A stretch of DNA of 56,140 nt from a virus. Positions within the stretch are counted from its first letter, which is position 1, and every line of letters begins with the position of its first letter. The translations under genes were made by a program, and so were the position numbers. This document shows, piece after piece, positions 29,876 through 38,944 of this stretch. The notes beneath the pieces were generated by a model. The model did not search any database and was not told the origin of the DNA. It saw nothing but the letters and a program-made list of their open reading frames with translations. Location: positions 1-56,140 of the IMG/VR virus record IMGVR_UViG_3300045988_093457; one strand, written 5' to 3'.

Positions 29876-30305
29876 AAGGATTTTCGTGCATTGCACGGCA
29901 TCGTCTCAGACATGGGGCGTAAACGAGTTGAAAAATGAGTTTAAGCGTAAGGGATGGAAGAACCCAGGATATCACTACGTTATTACAAAAGACGGAAAGA
30001 TACACCAGATGCTCGATGATAGCAAGGTGAGCAACGGAGTAAAGAATTATAACAGCACGGCTATAAATGTGGCTTACGTGGGCGGCATTGACAGTAATGG
30101 AAAGAGCGTTGACAACCGCACCGCAGAACAGAGGAAGTCGCTTATTGACGTGCTAAAGATACTACGCAAACGTTATCCGGATGCACAGATATTGGGACAT
30201 AGAGACATCAGCCCCGACACCAACAAAAACGGGAAGGTGGACATTTGGGAACGTATTAAAGACTGCCCATGTTTTGATGCAATCACAGAATATAAAGATA
30301 TCTGA
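29862..30305 (+). CDS. N-acetylmuramoyl-L-alanine amidase (Amidase_2/PGRP, T7-lysozyme-like endolysin)
   Basis: IFVHCTAS...GYHYVI...ILGHRDISP motifs. Confidence 0.85.
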   Translation: MREIKRIFVHCTASSQTWGVNELKNEFKRKGWKNPGYHYVITKDGKIHQMLDDSKVSNGVKNYNSTAINVAYVGGIDSNGKSVDNRTAEQRKSLIDVLKILRKRYPDAQILGHRDISPDTNKNGKVDIWERIKDCPCFDAITEYKDI

Positions 30306-30306
30306 T

Positions 30307-30807
30307 ATGGGCACAATAGCAAAATATGCAGTGGCGGCAGTGGTGGGCATCGCAATCGGCGCACTGCTTGCCGTGCTGTTTATGCGAGATGGCGAGGCGA
30401 ATAGTCAAGTAGAAGTAACCACCGAAATTAAGTACGACACAATACCTTACTACATGCCGGTGCCGGTGGACAGTTATATTACACACTATGAGTGTGTGAA
30501 GTTGCCTGCCGTGCGTGACACGATAACAGACAGCCTTATATACAAGGACACGCTAATACATGACAGCGTGAACGTTATCGTGCCTATTACACAGAAAAAA
30601 TACGAGGACAGCACTTATACTGCCTTCGTCAGCGGATATAACCCACGGCTTGACAGTATAAGCATTTACCGAAAGACAATTTATCAAACTATAACTGAAA
30701 GGCCACGCCGTTTTGGTGTTGGTATTACGGGAGGCTACGGCTACGGGAAAGGCGGTCTTACCCCATTTGTAGGCGTAGGAATATATTATAACTTATTTAA
30801 TCTGTAA
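30307..30807 (+). CDS. N-terminally anchored membrane protein (spanin-like lysis accessory candidate)
   Basis: Start set at MGTIAKYAVAAVVGIAIGALLAVLF, directly after the amidase stop. Confidence 0.5.
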   Translation: MGTIAKYAVAAVVGIAIGALLAVLFMRDGEANSQVEVTTEIKYDTIPYYMPVPVDSYITHYECVKLPAVRDTITDSLIYKDTLIHDSVNVIVPITQKKYEDSTYTAFVSGYNPRLDSISIYRKTIYQTITERPRRFGVGITGGYGYGKGGLTPFVGVGIYYNLFNL

Positions 30808-31006
30808 TGAACAATGAGCAGGTATTCCGGGTTTCACGTCAGAAAGTACTTCAAATCAAAGATGTACGACGACAGCGAGATTTGACCGCATTGAGGCAAA
30901 GTTAGACATTATACTACAGAAGTTGGGCGAAACGGATACGCTTAAAAACTTTGGCGTAAATCTTTTAGCCAATGCCATATCAAACGTGTTTACGGCAAAA
31001 TAACAT

Positions 31007-31045
31007 AAGGCGCATTACTTTTAATAATGCGCCTTTATTCTTTTA
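31007..31045 (+). terminator. Intrinsic terminator closing the lysis cassette
   Basis: 11-bp perfect stem AAGGCGCATTA / TAATGCGCCTT followed by TATTCTTTT. Confidence 0.7.
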
Positions 31046-31105
31046 ATGGAAATATTTGTGTTTTAAGTAATTAATTACTATCTTTACACAAAATATTCAA
31101 CGAAG

Positions 31106-31552
31106 ATGTCAGAACATATTTTAAGTTTAAACAAGAAAGAAGTATATGATGAGGTGGCAAAGACCACGTCGTATACGGGAGCGAAGAAAGACGACAGCAA
31201 AGAGTATGAGCGCATCTTTGCAAGTGAGGACGACAAACAGATGCTTGAACGTTTTTGGCAGGAAAGCAAGAACACTATATGTAATTCACTGAAAAGATTT
31301 GTTGTCAGTGAAGAAGAGACCGGCGAAAGCTATACGCTTACTCTTGAGTTATCATCGTCTTTTGATGATGCATTGCTTTCAAGTATGCAGCGTAGTCTGT
31401 TCAGCTTTTTTGTGATGAACATAACTTCAAAATGGTTTGTCATTGCAAACAAACCGGAAGCTACGGAGTACGCATCGGCGGCAGCGACAAACGCAGAGGA
31501 TATAATGAGAAAGGCGTTTTTCAAAAAGAAACCGCAACGGCCCACGTATTGA
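31106..31552 (+). CDS. Structural paralog A (148 aa)
   Basis: Shares ...SSF...W(F/M)xI(A/T)N(K/P)... and the C-terminal RPTY with the next gene. Confidence 0.6.
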   Translation: MSEHILSLNKKEVYDEVAKTTSYTGAKKDDSKEYERIFASEDDKQMLERFWQESKNTICNSLKRFVVSEEETGESYTLTLELSSSFDDALLSSMQRSLFSFFVMNITSKWFVIANKPEATEYASAAATNAEDIMRKAFFKKKPQRPTY

Positions 31553-31578
31553 AATATCTAACAAATAATAAATAAACT

Positions 31579-32094
31579 ATGGCAGAAAACAAAAAGAATC
31601 TAACTGTTACACAGCAGGTCAAAGAGCTTATGTTTGACATAATGAACAAAGCATATTTGACAGGTCAGGCGAGAGAGGCCGAAGGCACAAAAGGATATGA
31701 AGCCAGCTCAAACATGCAGGCTTCAGAGGATAACGACAACAGCTATCAGCTAAGGCGCAGTCTCGCAAATGCCTTTTCGAGCCTTAAAAGTCTGCTGGGA
31801 GAATATCTTGATGAAGATAAGACCACTACAAGTGATGTGATTCCTACGGAAATAGAGAACGACGGCGAGCTGGTGCTGTCATTCAAATTGCCTTCAAACT
31901 ATAACAGCGCGTCGGCAGACAGTCTTGGCAACGGAATACATGCCTATCTTGTAGACATGGCCCTGTATGAATGGTTTACAATAACAAACAAAGCGGATGC
32001 AGCAGACTACCTTACACATTCTACGGCAAGTCTTGAGACGGTGAAGAGGGCGTTATACAAGCGCAGCCGTCCGTCGCGTCCGACATACGATTAA
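31579..32094 (+). CDS. Structural paralog B (171 aa)
   Basis: EWFTITNKADAADY ... RPSRPTYD aligns with paralog A. Confidence 0.6.
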   Translation: MAENKKNLTVTQQVKELMFDIMNKAYLTGQAREAEGTKGYEASSNMQASEDNDNSYQLRRSLANAFSSLKSLLGEYLDEDKTTTSDVIPTEIENDGELVLSFKLPSNYNSASADSLGNGIHAYLVDMALYEWFTITNKADAADYLTHSTASLETVKRALYKRSRPSRPTYD

Positions 32095-32122
32095 GACTAT
32101 AAGACACCCGATAATAAGATCT

Positions 32123-32665
32123 ATGAGATACCCGATAATAAGATGCTGCCCATGCGCTGAAGAGCAAAAGACAAATGTAACGCTGACATTTGAGCGCAAG
32201 GAACTGATATATGATGTGTCCAACTACTCTTATGTAGAGGCTGACATCATGCAGGAGGACGACGAATGCCGCCGGCACCAGGTGTTTGATATAAGCCAGG
32301 ACGGAAATGTCGACAGGGTTACACGCGTCCTTAACACTGCGCATGCTGAGATAGTGGAAACGCTTTATCCGTACACAAAGCAGGAGATAACGGAAAATGA
32401 GGTTTTGGATGATAGGCTGACAGAACCTGAAAAATATAGCATCGTGCTGACAATACCTTCATCTTTTTCTCAGACAACGGTGGAACTCTTGTCAAAGCTG
32501 ATACATGAATATTTTGTATGCCGTGTGCTGGCAGACTGGATGAGCATAACAAATCCTGACAGCGAAGGAAAGTGGGAAAAGAAATTTACCCTGATAAAAG
32601 AGAAGATAAGATCGTCTCTTGTCTCGCGTCAAAAACATGTAAGACGCAGACTTAAACCTTTCTAA
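32123..32665 (+). CDS. Structural paralog C (180 aa)
   Basis: IPSSFSQTTVELL...DWMSITNPDSEG aligns with A and B. Confidence 0.55.
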   Translation: MRYPIIRCCPCAEEQKTNVTLTFERKELIYDVSNYSYVEADIMQEDDECRRHQVFDISQDGNVDRVTRVLNTAHAEIVETLYPYTKQEITENEVLDDRLTEPEKYSIVLTIPSSFSQTTVELLSKLIHEYFVCRVLADWMSITNPDSEGKWEKKFTLIKEKIRSSLVSRQKHVRRRLKPF

Positions 32666-32670
32666 ACGTA

Positions 32671-32703
32671 AAGAGCCGAGGTGCATCACGCATCCCGGCT
32701 CTT
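32671..32703. terminator. Bidirectional hairpin between convergent genes
   Basis: AAGAGCCG / CGGCTCTT stem followed by TTTCTG. Confidence 0.55.
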
Positions 32704-32750
32704 TTTCTGAAACAATCTTTTACTTATAAAACTATTAACCTATAAACATT

Positions 32751-35700
32751 CTATCTAAGACGATTTGTAAACCGCGGTGTGAAATTGAATGTGCAGCCAT
32801 AAAGACCTTTGCTCTTTTCAAGCGTGCATATGATTGCTACACGGAAATACTTATAAGGCGTACCGCGAAAGCCTCTCATATAAGATGTGTCGCTGCTCCA
32901 CAGAGTATGCCAATTAAACAAGTCGCGCGAGCCGTAAAGAACCTGACGCACATCGGTCTTGCGTACAAAGCCGCGCTGTATGACTGTATCAGCCGTTTTA
33001 AGCACGTCTGCCTGTCCCGGCTTTAGCGGACGGCTAATTATAAGCGCAACTGATTTTGACGCGTCAGAAACAGAAAAATTCGCCACATCTCCGCCTTCAA
33101 GCATGGCGAGCGCATCCGGGTAAGAATTTACGCCGTCCGTTATATTGCTGACGATCATGCCCCACTCTTTTGACTTCAGCGAATACACATAAGCATAAGG
33201 CACACCGGGTGAGTATACTATGATATGCTGATTAGTGTAGTCGTATATCATCTTGCATGATGCGAGAAACTCACTGAAGGGAAGAATCTTGATTTTGTCA
33301 ACCGACACTTCGTTTCCTTCTCCGGCCATGCTGTTATAATATTTTATAAACTCCTCTATGCCCGGAAGATTATCAGCTGTGAAAGCGTCGTCGCTGTTAA
33401 TGGCATCCGAAAGGCAGGCCGTTTCCGAACCACTGATAACCATGATGCCGCGTGCCGTGGCGAAAAGAACAGATGAATCAATCTGCGTAATGCTCTCGGC
33501 ATTTATGCACACATCACGTGTTATAGGCTGTTTGGCCATATACGTGCCGGTAGACGACACTTCAAGGGCCCACACGCCTTCTGTGGTGAATGCATATAAT
33601 GGGAATTGTCCGAACTGCCCTTGCGATAAAGCCTTTGCAGCAGAACTTATGCCGAGAATGTCCCCTGTGCCAACAGAGTTGATATTTGTTGCAGGGAAGC
33701 AGAAGGGATTGTTCACCTCTGACGTATATATCTTGTCGGCAGGTATGCTGCCGGCACCTGACGGAACGCTGTCGGCACTCTTTGCCATATATGCAAGAGG
33801 CTGAAAATTATTAAAGGCGTAGGCTCCGTTCAGGAAGTCGTGCTGTTTAAGGTCTATGCTGAATATCTTACTTTGAGAATCTTTGAAATACACTCTCTTT
33901 GCGTTTACGTTCGGATAGAACAGCCACGTGAGGAAGCCAAACTGGTAGCTATAGAAAGTGTCAGCATTTGCTATGTGTGCTACATAGGTCGTGTCGTTCT
34001 CGTATATCTCAAAATATATGTCTGTGATGTAATTGGCTATGTCTGCCGGAATGTCGTTAAAGCCGGTGTTGTCCCATCCCGGATAGTCAAACAGGCTTGG
34101 GAAATAGTCGCCCTGATAAGGTATGATGTCTTTTGTTACGATGTTTATACGGCTGTTGTATGAATGAAGGCAGCTTGCTATAAGGCTGTCTCCTGAACGA
34201 TAGTCGTCTGAAATATTTTCCTTGACTGTTATGTTCTTTATCAGGCCGTTACCTAAGTCGGGCGTTATTGTTATCTCTGCATCACTATCACTGAGCAGCT
34301 TTTCGTATTCGATTGAGTAAAGCAAGTAATAAGGGTTATCCCCTATTATCATGTCATTAAAAGTCTTTTGTATAACATCTTCGTCGGTCTCTCGTGTAAG
34401 TTTCACCGAAAGACATGTATCAAGATCTATTTCGGCGTTGCTGGTAGAGAAATACACGCTGTTGCCGGCGATGCTGCCCTCGCGTCTGATGTAAATACGG
34501 CATGTGCTGTCCCACGCCGACACCTGTGCAGTAGACTGGGCGGTTTCTTTGTCAACCTTGTAAATCTTAAAACCTTCTTTTACAGGCAAGCCTAACGCCT
34601 TTGCATCCGAAACTTCTATTGTCGGCAGTTCACTATACTTTGCAGGAGAACCGACAACCTGAACGAGCGTAGACATGTAGAATTTGGAAGAATCCTCGCC
34701 TTTAAGGTCCATCCACGCATAAGTCGCGCCTGAATCGTTGTAGCCGTTCCATGTTCTGACGGCATTGATATTAATCTGATTTACGTTGTAATATCCCTGG
34801 CCGATAACATCTACGATATTCGGGCGGTAGTTATGTATCATTCCGTCTATTGTAACGTTACCGGTGGTATACGCTTCTGATTCATCACTGCCGACATGTG
34901 ATATTTCGCTTATGCCTTTATCGTCAGCAATATATCCGTAGAGCTGCTGAGTTACGAATACATCGACGTGTGTTATAATGTCCTTCCATTTCTTATCTGC
35001 CGGCAGGCATCTGAAAGACAAAAACGTTTCAGGCAGGAAGAACAGCGGGCGTATCTTTTCATCAAGTACGTTAAGAAGCAGTAGCGGCTTGCCTGTTGAA
35101 GTGGGAATTATCAGGTGCGGCGCTGTATACATTATCCTGGTTCCGTCATAAAGGCGATATGCAAACCTTATGAAGAACGGATAGTTAAATGAACCTTTCT
35201 TGCCCGATTCTACGATCATGCTGTTAAGAAGTGCGAAGATACGGTTTGCAAGTTTTGTTTTCTTCTCTTCATCGACATAGAGTGTTGCGCTGTTATCAGC
35301 AAGGGCATTTTTAAATTTCTCTATATCAATAAAGTCATTGAAGGTGTAATATTCATCGTCGTTTGCCTCGAACTGCGAGCTTGACTGAAGAGCAGTGGAA
35401 ACTGCGGTCTGTATCTTTATTGGCTCCGGCCGGCTGCCAAGATCTATATAAGATCCGTCTTTCCAATATAGATATATTATAGGAGCGTCTGACGCCATGA
35501 TAAGGACATTTCCTAAAGCATTTATAGACTTGACGCCGGTATATGTCCCTATTATGTTCACATCTTCAAACGTGGTGTCAGTCCATGCAAATGTATTGCT
35601 TACGCTGTTGTAAACAATATAATGCGTGAAAGCCTGCGTCTTGTGGATGAATATTATTTTTGTTGTCTTTCCGATATTTTTCAGCACTTTTGGAGGAAGA

Positions 35701-35819
35701 ACCGGCTTTAGCGATCCGTCCTCTAAAACTGCGTTTAACGAAAGAGCCAGTTGTCCGTCAGGACATTCATAGTCAGACGGGCTGGCTGCATATCCACTAT
35801 ACTTAATTTCCTGTATCAT
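32751..35819 (-). CDS. 1,022-aa beta-rich protein (tail or nozzle-like structural candidate)
   Basis: Y/S/T/N/G-rich composition. It is the last gene of the long minus-strand operon. Confidence 0.6.
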   Translation of the reverse strand: MIQEIKYSGYAASPSDYECPDGQLALSLNAVLEDGSLKPVLPPKVLKNIGKTTKIIFIHKTQAFTHYIVYNSVSNTFAWTDTTFEDVNIIGTYTGVKSINALGNVLIMASDAPIIYLYWKDGSYIDLGSRPEPIKIQTAVSTALQSSSQFEANDDEYYTFNDFIDIEKFKNALADNSATLYVDEEKKTKLANRIFALLNSMIVESGKKGSFNYPFFIRFAYRLYDGTRIMYTAPHLIIPTSTGKPLLLLNVLDEKIRPLFFLPETFLSFRCLPADKKWKDIITHVDVFVTQQLYGYIADDKGISEISHVGSDESEAYTTGNVTIDGMIHNYRPNIVDVIGQGYYNVNQININAVRTWNGYNDSGATYAWMDLKGEDSSKFYMSTLVQVVGSPAKYSELPTIEVSDAKALGLPVKEGFKIYKVDKETAQSTAQVSAWDSTCRIYIRREGSIAGNSVYFSTSNAEIDLDTCLSVKLTRETDEDVIQKTFNDMIIGDNPYYLLYSIEYEKLLSDSDAEITITPDLGNGLIKNITVKENISDDYRSGDSLIASCLHSYNSRINIVTKDIIPYQGDYFPSLFDYPGWDNTGFNDIPADIANYITDIYFEIYENDTTYVAHIANADTFYSYQFGFLTWLFYPNVNAKRVYFKDSQSKIFSIDLKQHDFLNGAYAFNNFQPLAYMAKSADSVPSGAGSIPADKIYTSEVNNPFCFPATNINSVGTGDILGISSAAKALSQGQFGQFPLYAFTTEGVWALEVSSTGTYMAKQPITRDVCINAESITQIDSSVLFATARGIMVISGSETACLSDAINSDDAFTADNLPGIEEFIKYYNSMAGEGNEVSVDKIKILPFSEFLASCKMIYDYTNQHIIVYSPGVPYAYVYSLKSKEWGMIVSNITDGVNSYPDALAMLEGGDVANFSVSDASKSVALIISRPLKPGQADVLKTADTVIQRGFVRKTDVRQVLYGSRDLFNWHTLWSSDTSYMRGFRGTPYKYFRVAIICTLEKSKGLYGCTFNFTPRFTNRLR

Positions 35820-36198
35820 CGTTAAGAATATTTTTATATATTAGCGGAAGCGCTGTTCCGTAGCCTTCAATCTCCACCGGTTCGCCTACGCTAAGTTTGA
35901 TTCTCGGCAAATCATCTGCGCCGCATATTTTCATTATGCCGTCGCACAGCTGTATGGAGTATGTCCGGAAGTTACGGCTGTTCTTTTTCGTTTCGTAGCA
36001 CGTAGCTTTGTAGTTGCCTACGGTAGGAGCATGAAGGCGTATGAAGATATACAGCTCCATGCCATGATCAAGTATGTCGATGACATCTCCCCTCTTCATT
36101 GAAAGGGCTTTCGCCACGTGTGCTGATATGTCGATGCGGCCGTTACTGTAAAAGGTGATGTCAGGCTTCCTTATCTTGTTTCCTAATATGCTCTTCAT
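35803..36198 (-). CDS. AbrB/SpoVT-like N-terminal domain protein
   Basis: ISAHVAKALSMKRGDVIDI resembles the looped-hinge-helix motif. Overlaps the next gene by 17 nt. Confidence 0.45.
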   Translation of the reverse strand: MKSILGNKIRKPDITFYSNGRIDISAHVAKALSMKRGDVIDILDHGMELYIFIRLHAPTVGNYKATCYETKKNSRNFRTYSIQLCDGIMKICGADDLPRIKLSVGEPVEIEGYGTALPLIYKNILNDDTGN

Positions 36199-36604
36199 GT
36201 CTTATCTTTTTTGGCGCGTCAAACTGATAGTATAAGCGACCCTGGGGCGTCTTGTGCAATGACACTGACATCTTCACCTTATGAAGAGCCGGCAGACCGT
36301 AGTTAAACAATATATATCCTACAGAGGGGCAAAGCGTTTCAAATCCTACGCATTTGTATTTTCCGTTGTATTGTATCTGACAGAGCTGTGTCTGCTCTTC
36401 TATATCCGGATTCAGCATAAAGCCGAAAGTGTTGTGCTGAGGTATTCGGAAAACAAAGACTGATGTATCGCTGTCTGATGCAGAATGCTTCTTGATATGA
36501 TAAAACAATTTCTTCGACAATGTTATGGAATTGTCGGAAGGATCAGCTACGACATAATATCGTAGTGAGTTGATGATGTTTATAAGTTTTCCTAATATTT
36601 TCAT
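36161..36604 (-). CDS. Hypothetical protein, possibly a distant paralog of 35803-36198
   Basis: ORF whose C-terminal half loosely resembles that of its neighbour. Confidence 0.5.
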   Translation of the reverse strand: MKILGKLINIINSLRYYVVADPSDNSITLSKKLFYHIKKHSASDSDTSVFVFRIPQHNTFGFMLNPDIEEQTQLCQIQYNGKYKCVGFETLCPSVGYILFNYGLPALHKVKMSVSLHKTPQGRLYYQFDAPKKIRHEEHIRKQDKEA

Positions 36605-36666
36605 AATGCAAAGATATTAAAAAGCACAGCCGCGAAGGTTTAACTTTTAACGGCTGCGCTTTGTTG

Positions 36667-36882
36667 TTAGTACTCTTTTCTGGAACGGAAAGAAATTGTC
36701 TCAATAAAGGAGAATGTCCGCGTTGTAAGGATCTCTTCATGATGCTTGCGCGCCTCGTCCTTTGTTCTGAAGATGAACGAACAAATCTCTTTTTTGTTTG
36801 TTCCACGTGTTCCTACGATGTTAGCATAATACTTGCGGCCGAAAAGAAAGGCCATGATTTCATTAATAACTGTTGTGTACAT
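36667..36882 (-). CDS. Hypothetical small protein
   Basis: ORF with its start adjacent to the stop of the upstream small gene. Confidence 0.4.
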   Translation of the reverse strand: MYTTVINEIMAFLFGRKYYANIVGTRGTNKKEICSFIFRTKDEARKHHEEILTTRTFSFIETISFRSRKEY

Positions 36883-36884
36883 GA

Positions 36885-37037
36885 TTATTTGTTTAAGTTT
36901 AATAATGGTTTTCCGCTCTCGTCTTTGATGTATTGCTGTAGTAAATTCATTTTCCAGCCGTCAGGAGTAATTATATACACTTCCTGCCCTTTGTTCTCTA
37001 CTTTGCGCAAAGCGCGTATTAATTCTATTACTGTCAT
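36885..37037 (-). CDS. Hypothetical 50-aa protein (below the ORF-track cut-off)
   Basis: Hand-translated as MTVIELIRALRKVENKGQEVYIITPDGWKMNLLQQYIKDESGKPLLNLNK. Tightly packed between its neighbours. Confidence 0.4.
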   Translation of the reverse strand: MTVIELIRALRKVENKGQEVYIITPDGWKMNLLQQYIKDESGKPLLNLNK

Positions 37038-37040
37038 GGT

Positions 37041-37403
37041 TTATTTGTAATTTTCAGTTGTTCCTAAAAGATGATCTGTTTGTTCGTTGTAGGGGATGCA
37101 CTCATCCCAACTAGAACCGATGCACATATAACTACCGTCGTCCTTGTTAATATGAGAAAATATATCCGCATACCAAACTCTAAATTCTAAATCCCTTACC
37201 AACACCTTATCAAACGGCTTGAACTCGCATTTAAGTTTTTCTTCAATGCCTAATTTCTTCAAGCACTCTTTTGCCTTTGTTTTCTCATTCCGAGCCATAT
37301 CTATTGCTCTAAGTGCGTCTGCCTTTGCCACCATTTCGCATGAATGATGTTCATAGCCGTTATCGTTGATAACCTTTGATTGTATAAATTCTTCTGGTGT
37401 CAT
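37041..37403 (-). CDS. Hypothetical protein
   Basis: ORF in the operon. Confidence 0.55.
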   Translation of the reverse strand: MTPEEFIQSKVINDNGYEHHSCEMVAKADALRAIDMARNEKTKAKECLKKLGIEEKLKCEFKPFDKVLVRDLEFRVWYADIFSHINKDDGSYMCIGSSWDECIPYNEQTDHLLGTTENYK

Positions 37404-37491
37404 TTATTTGTTCTCCTTTGATTGTTCAACTTCTTTCATTTTGAAATGCAGCATCGCTATTGCATTCCAGGCCACTTGCGCGCAAATAGTT

Positions 37492-37716
37492 TTATACATA
37501 TTCCCATTTATAACCATAAGCCATCTTTTTTTTACCTTTACATACCTTACATACAAAGCTCGGATCAAAGCCATCTGACTTCAATTCTGATAAAGAATTA
37601 TAGATTTTTTCAATTTCTCCGGAAGTTGAAATTTTTGCTACCGATTTATTCTGATTATCATAAAGACCATTTTCTCTATTTTTTTTTAATTGCTTTAGAG
37701 ATTTTTTCTCTGACAT
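37492..37716 (-). pseudogene. Detached C-terminal DNA-binding (NUMOD1-like) module of the HNH endonuclease, out of frame at an A9 run
   Basis: Ends ...IYNSLSELKSDGFDPSFVCKVCKGKKKMAYGYKWEYV. Overlaps the 3' end of 37676-38428 across a run of 9 A (37679-37687, minus strand). Confidence 0.55.
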
Positions 37717-38428
37717 CTTTTCTTAAAAAGACTTTGATCATTGACTCAGATAGCCTTTGTTTTGTCTTAGGCCTATTCATAGCTATCTTGAGAGCTTTTG
37801 AGGCATTTGCTCTTGCTATTGGGTAATTTGAATTCTCTTTTTGAGTACACCATCTTAGATTAATTTGTCTGTTGTCGTCTCTAATACCATTTATGTGATC
37901 AACATAATCTTTCCCTATACTTTTTTCACAAAATGCAGAAGCAACAATTCTATGTACGTATAAATTTTTAATTTTACCATTAATCCTAATTGAAACAAAT
38001 TTATATCCTGCTCCATTGTCGTGCAGAGATAGCAGTTTGCCAGTAATTTTATTTCTTATATTACCTAGTGAACTAACCTCGTATTTATCAACATTATAAG
38101 GAAACGGCTTCCATATTTCCTTTGAATACTCTTTTAATTTATAACTTAACATAAATATTGCGTTTACTGCTACTTGCGCTGCGTGCATGCAACCTGTATC
38201 AGTATCAATGGCATTGCCTTTCTCGACCTCAGTAAGGTGCCTAAGCATTGCGCCTTTGTAACGTTCATACCCATTCGGCAGATTTTGCCAGCGGTTTGGG
38301 CCATACTTCTTTGCCCCGGCCGTAAACACTTTTGCTATTTCTTCAAGTTCAGCCCACGGCAACAGGTCCATCATTACCTTGTTGTCTTGCCTGTCGTTCT
38401 TTACTGATTCTGTTGGCATACTATTCAT
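37676..38428 (-). CDS. Fusion of a DUF5664/MazG-like dATP/dGTP pyrophosphohydrolase N-domain with a NUMOD4-HNH homing endonuclease
   Basis: DLLPWAELEEIAKVFTAGAKKYGPNRW...AMLRHL, then WKPFPYNVDKYEVSSLGNIRN and VHRIVASAF...VDHINGIRDDNRQINLRWCTQKEN. Confidence 0.7.
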   Translation of the reverse strand: MNSMPTESVKNDRQDNKVMMDLLPWAELEEIAKVFTAGAKKYGPNRWQNLPNGYERYKGAMLRHLTEVEKGNAIDTDTGCMHAAQVAVNAIFMLSYKLKEYSKEIWKPFPYNVDKYEVSSLGNIRNKITGKLLSLHDNGAGYKFVSIRINGKIKNLYVHRIVASAFCEKSIGKDYVDHINGIRDDNRQINLRWCTQKENSNYPIARANASKALKIAMNRPKTKQRLSESMIKVFLRKDVREKISKAIKKK

Positions 38429-38567
38429 TTATTAAATCAACAAATCTTTTAACATACTCACATTCTTCTGTGCAGGTAATTTTACCCACACGATGTTTGC
38501 AGCAGTTCCACTGCAGACACGACCGGCGATGTGCGTTGATAGCTGTGAGTTTATCGTTTTCTTCCAT
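38421..38567 (-). CDS. Hypothetical Cys-rich protein of about 48 aa (below the ORF-track cut-off)
   Basis: Hand-translated as MEENDKLTAINAHRRSCLQWNCCKHRVGKITCTEECEYVKRFVDLINE. Its stop overlaps the next start. Confidence 0.35.
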   Translation of the reverse strand: MEENDKLTAINAHRRSCLQWNCCKHRVGKITCTEECEYVKRFVDLINE

Positions 38568-38569
38568 AA

Positions 38570-38944
38570 TCACTTATCCTTTAATCGTTTCAAAATGTCT
38601 TTATTCATTTCAAGTATTTCTTTAAATGATGTCGGTCTAATCCATGCTATAATATCAGAGCCGGTATAATTGCACCAACCGCATTTGTCGGTCTTAACAA
38701 TATCTTCTTTGCTTCTGTGGCAATAGAATTGGTCTCCGTCTGCATTAATCACCCAAACAGCTTCATCGTATTCAGGCAGCTCTTTTGAGGCATCGACTAA
38801 TAAAGATTTTAAAGCCTCGTCCCAGCCTGCGCAGAAGTCCTCAATGCAGTATTGCTTACGCTCGTCAAACTGCGGTATGCTTTCCGCATATTCTTTTGCT
38901 TTCTGCTCTTTTATATCCATAGTTTTAAATTTAAAATACAACAA
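38570..38944 (-). CDS. Hypothetical protein
   Basis: ORF. The start could instead be the internal Met at 38920. Confidence 0.5.
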   Translation of the reverse strand: MLYFKFKTMDIKEQKAKEYAESIPQFDERKQYCIEDFCAGWDEALKSLLVDASKELPEYDEAVWVINADGDQFYCHRSKEDIVKTDKCGWCNYTGSDIIAWIRPTSFKEILEMNKDILKRLKDK

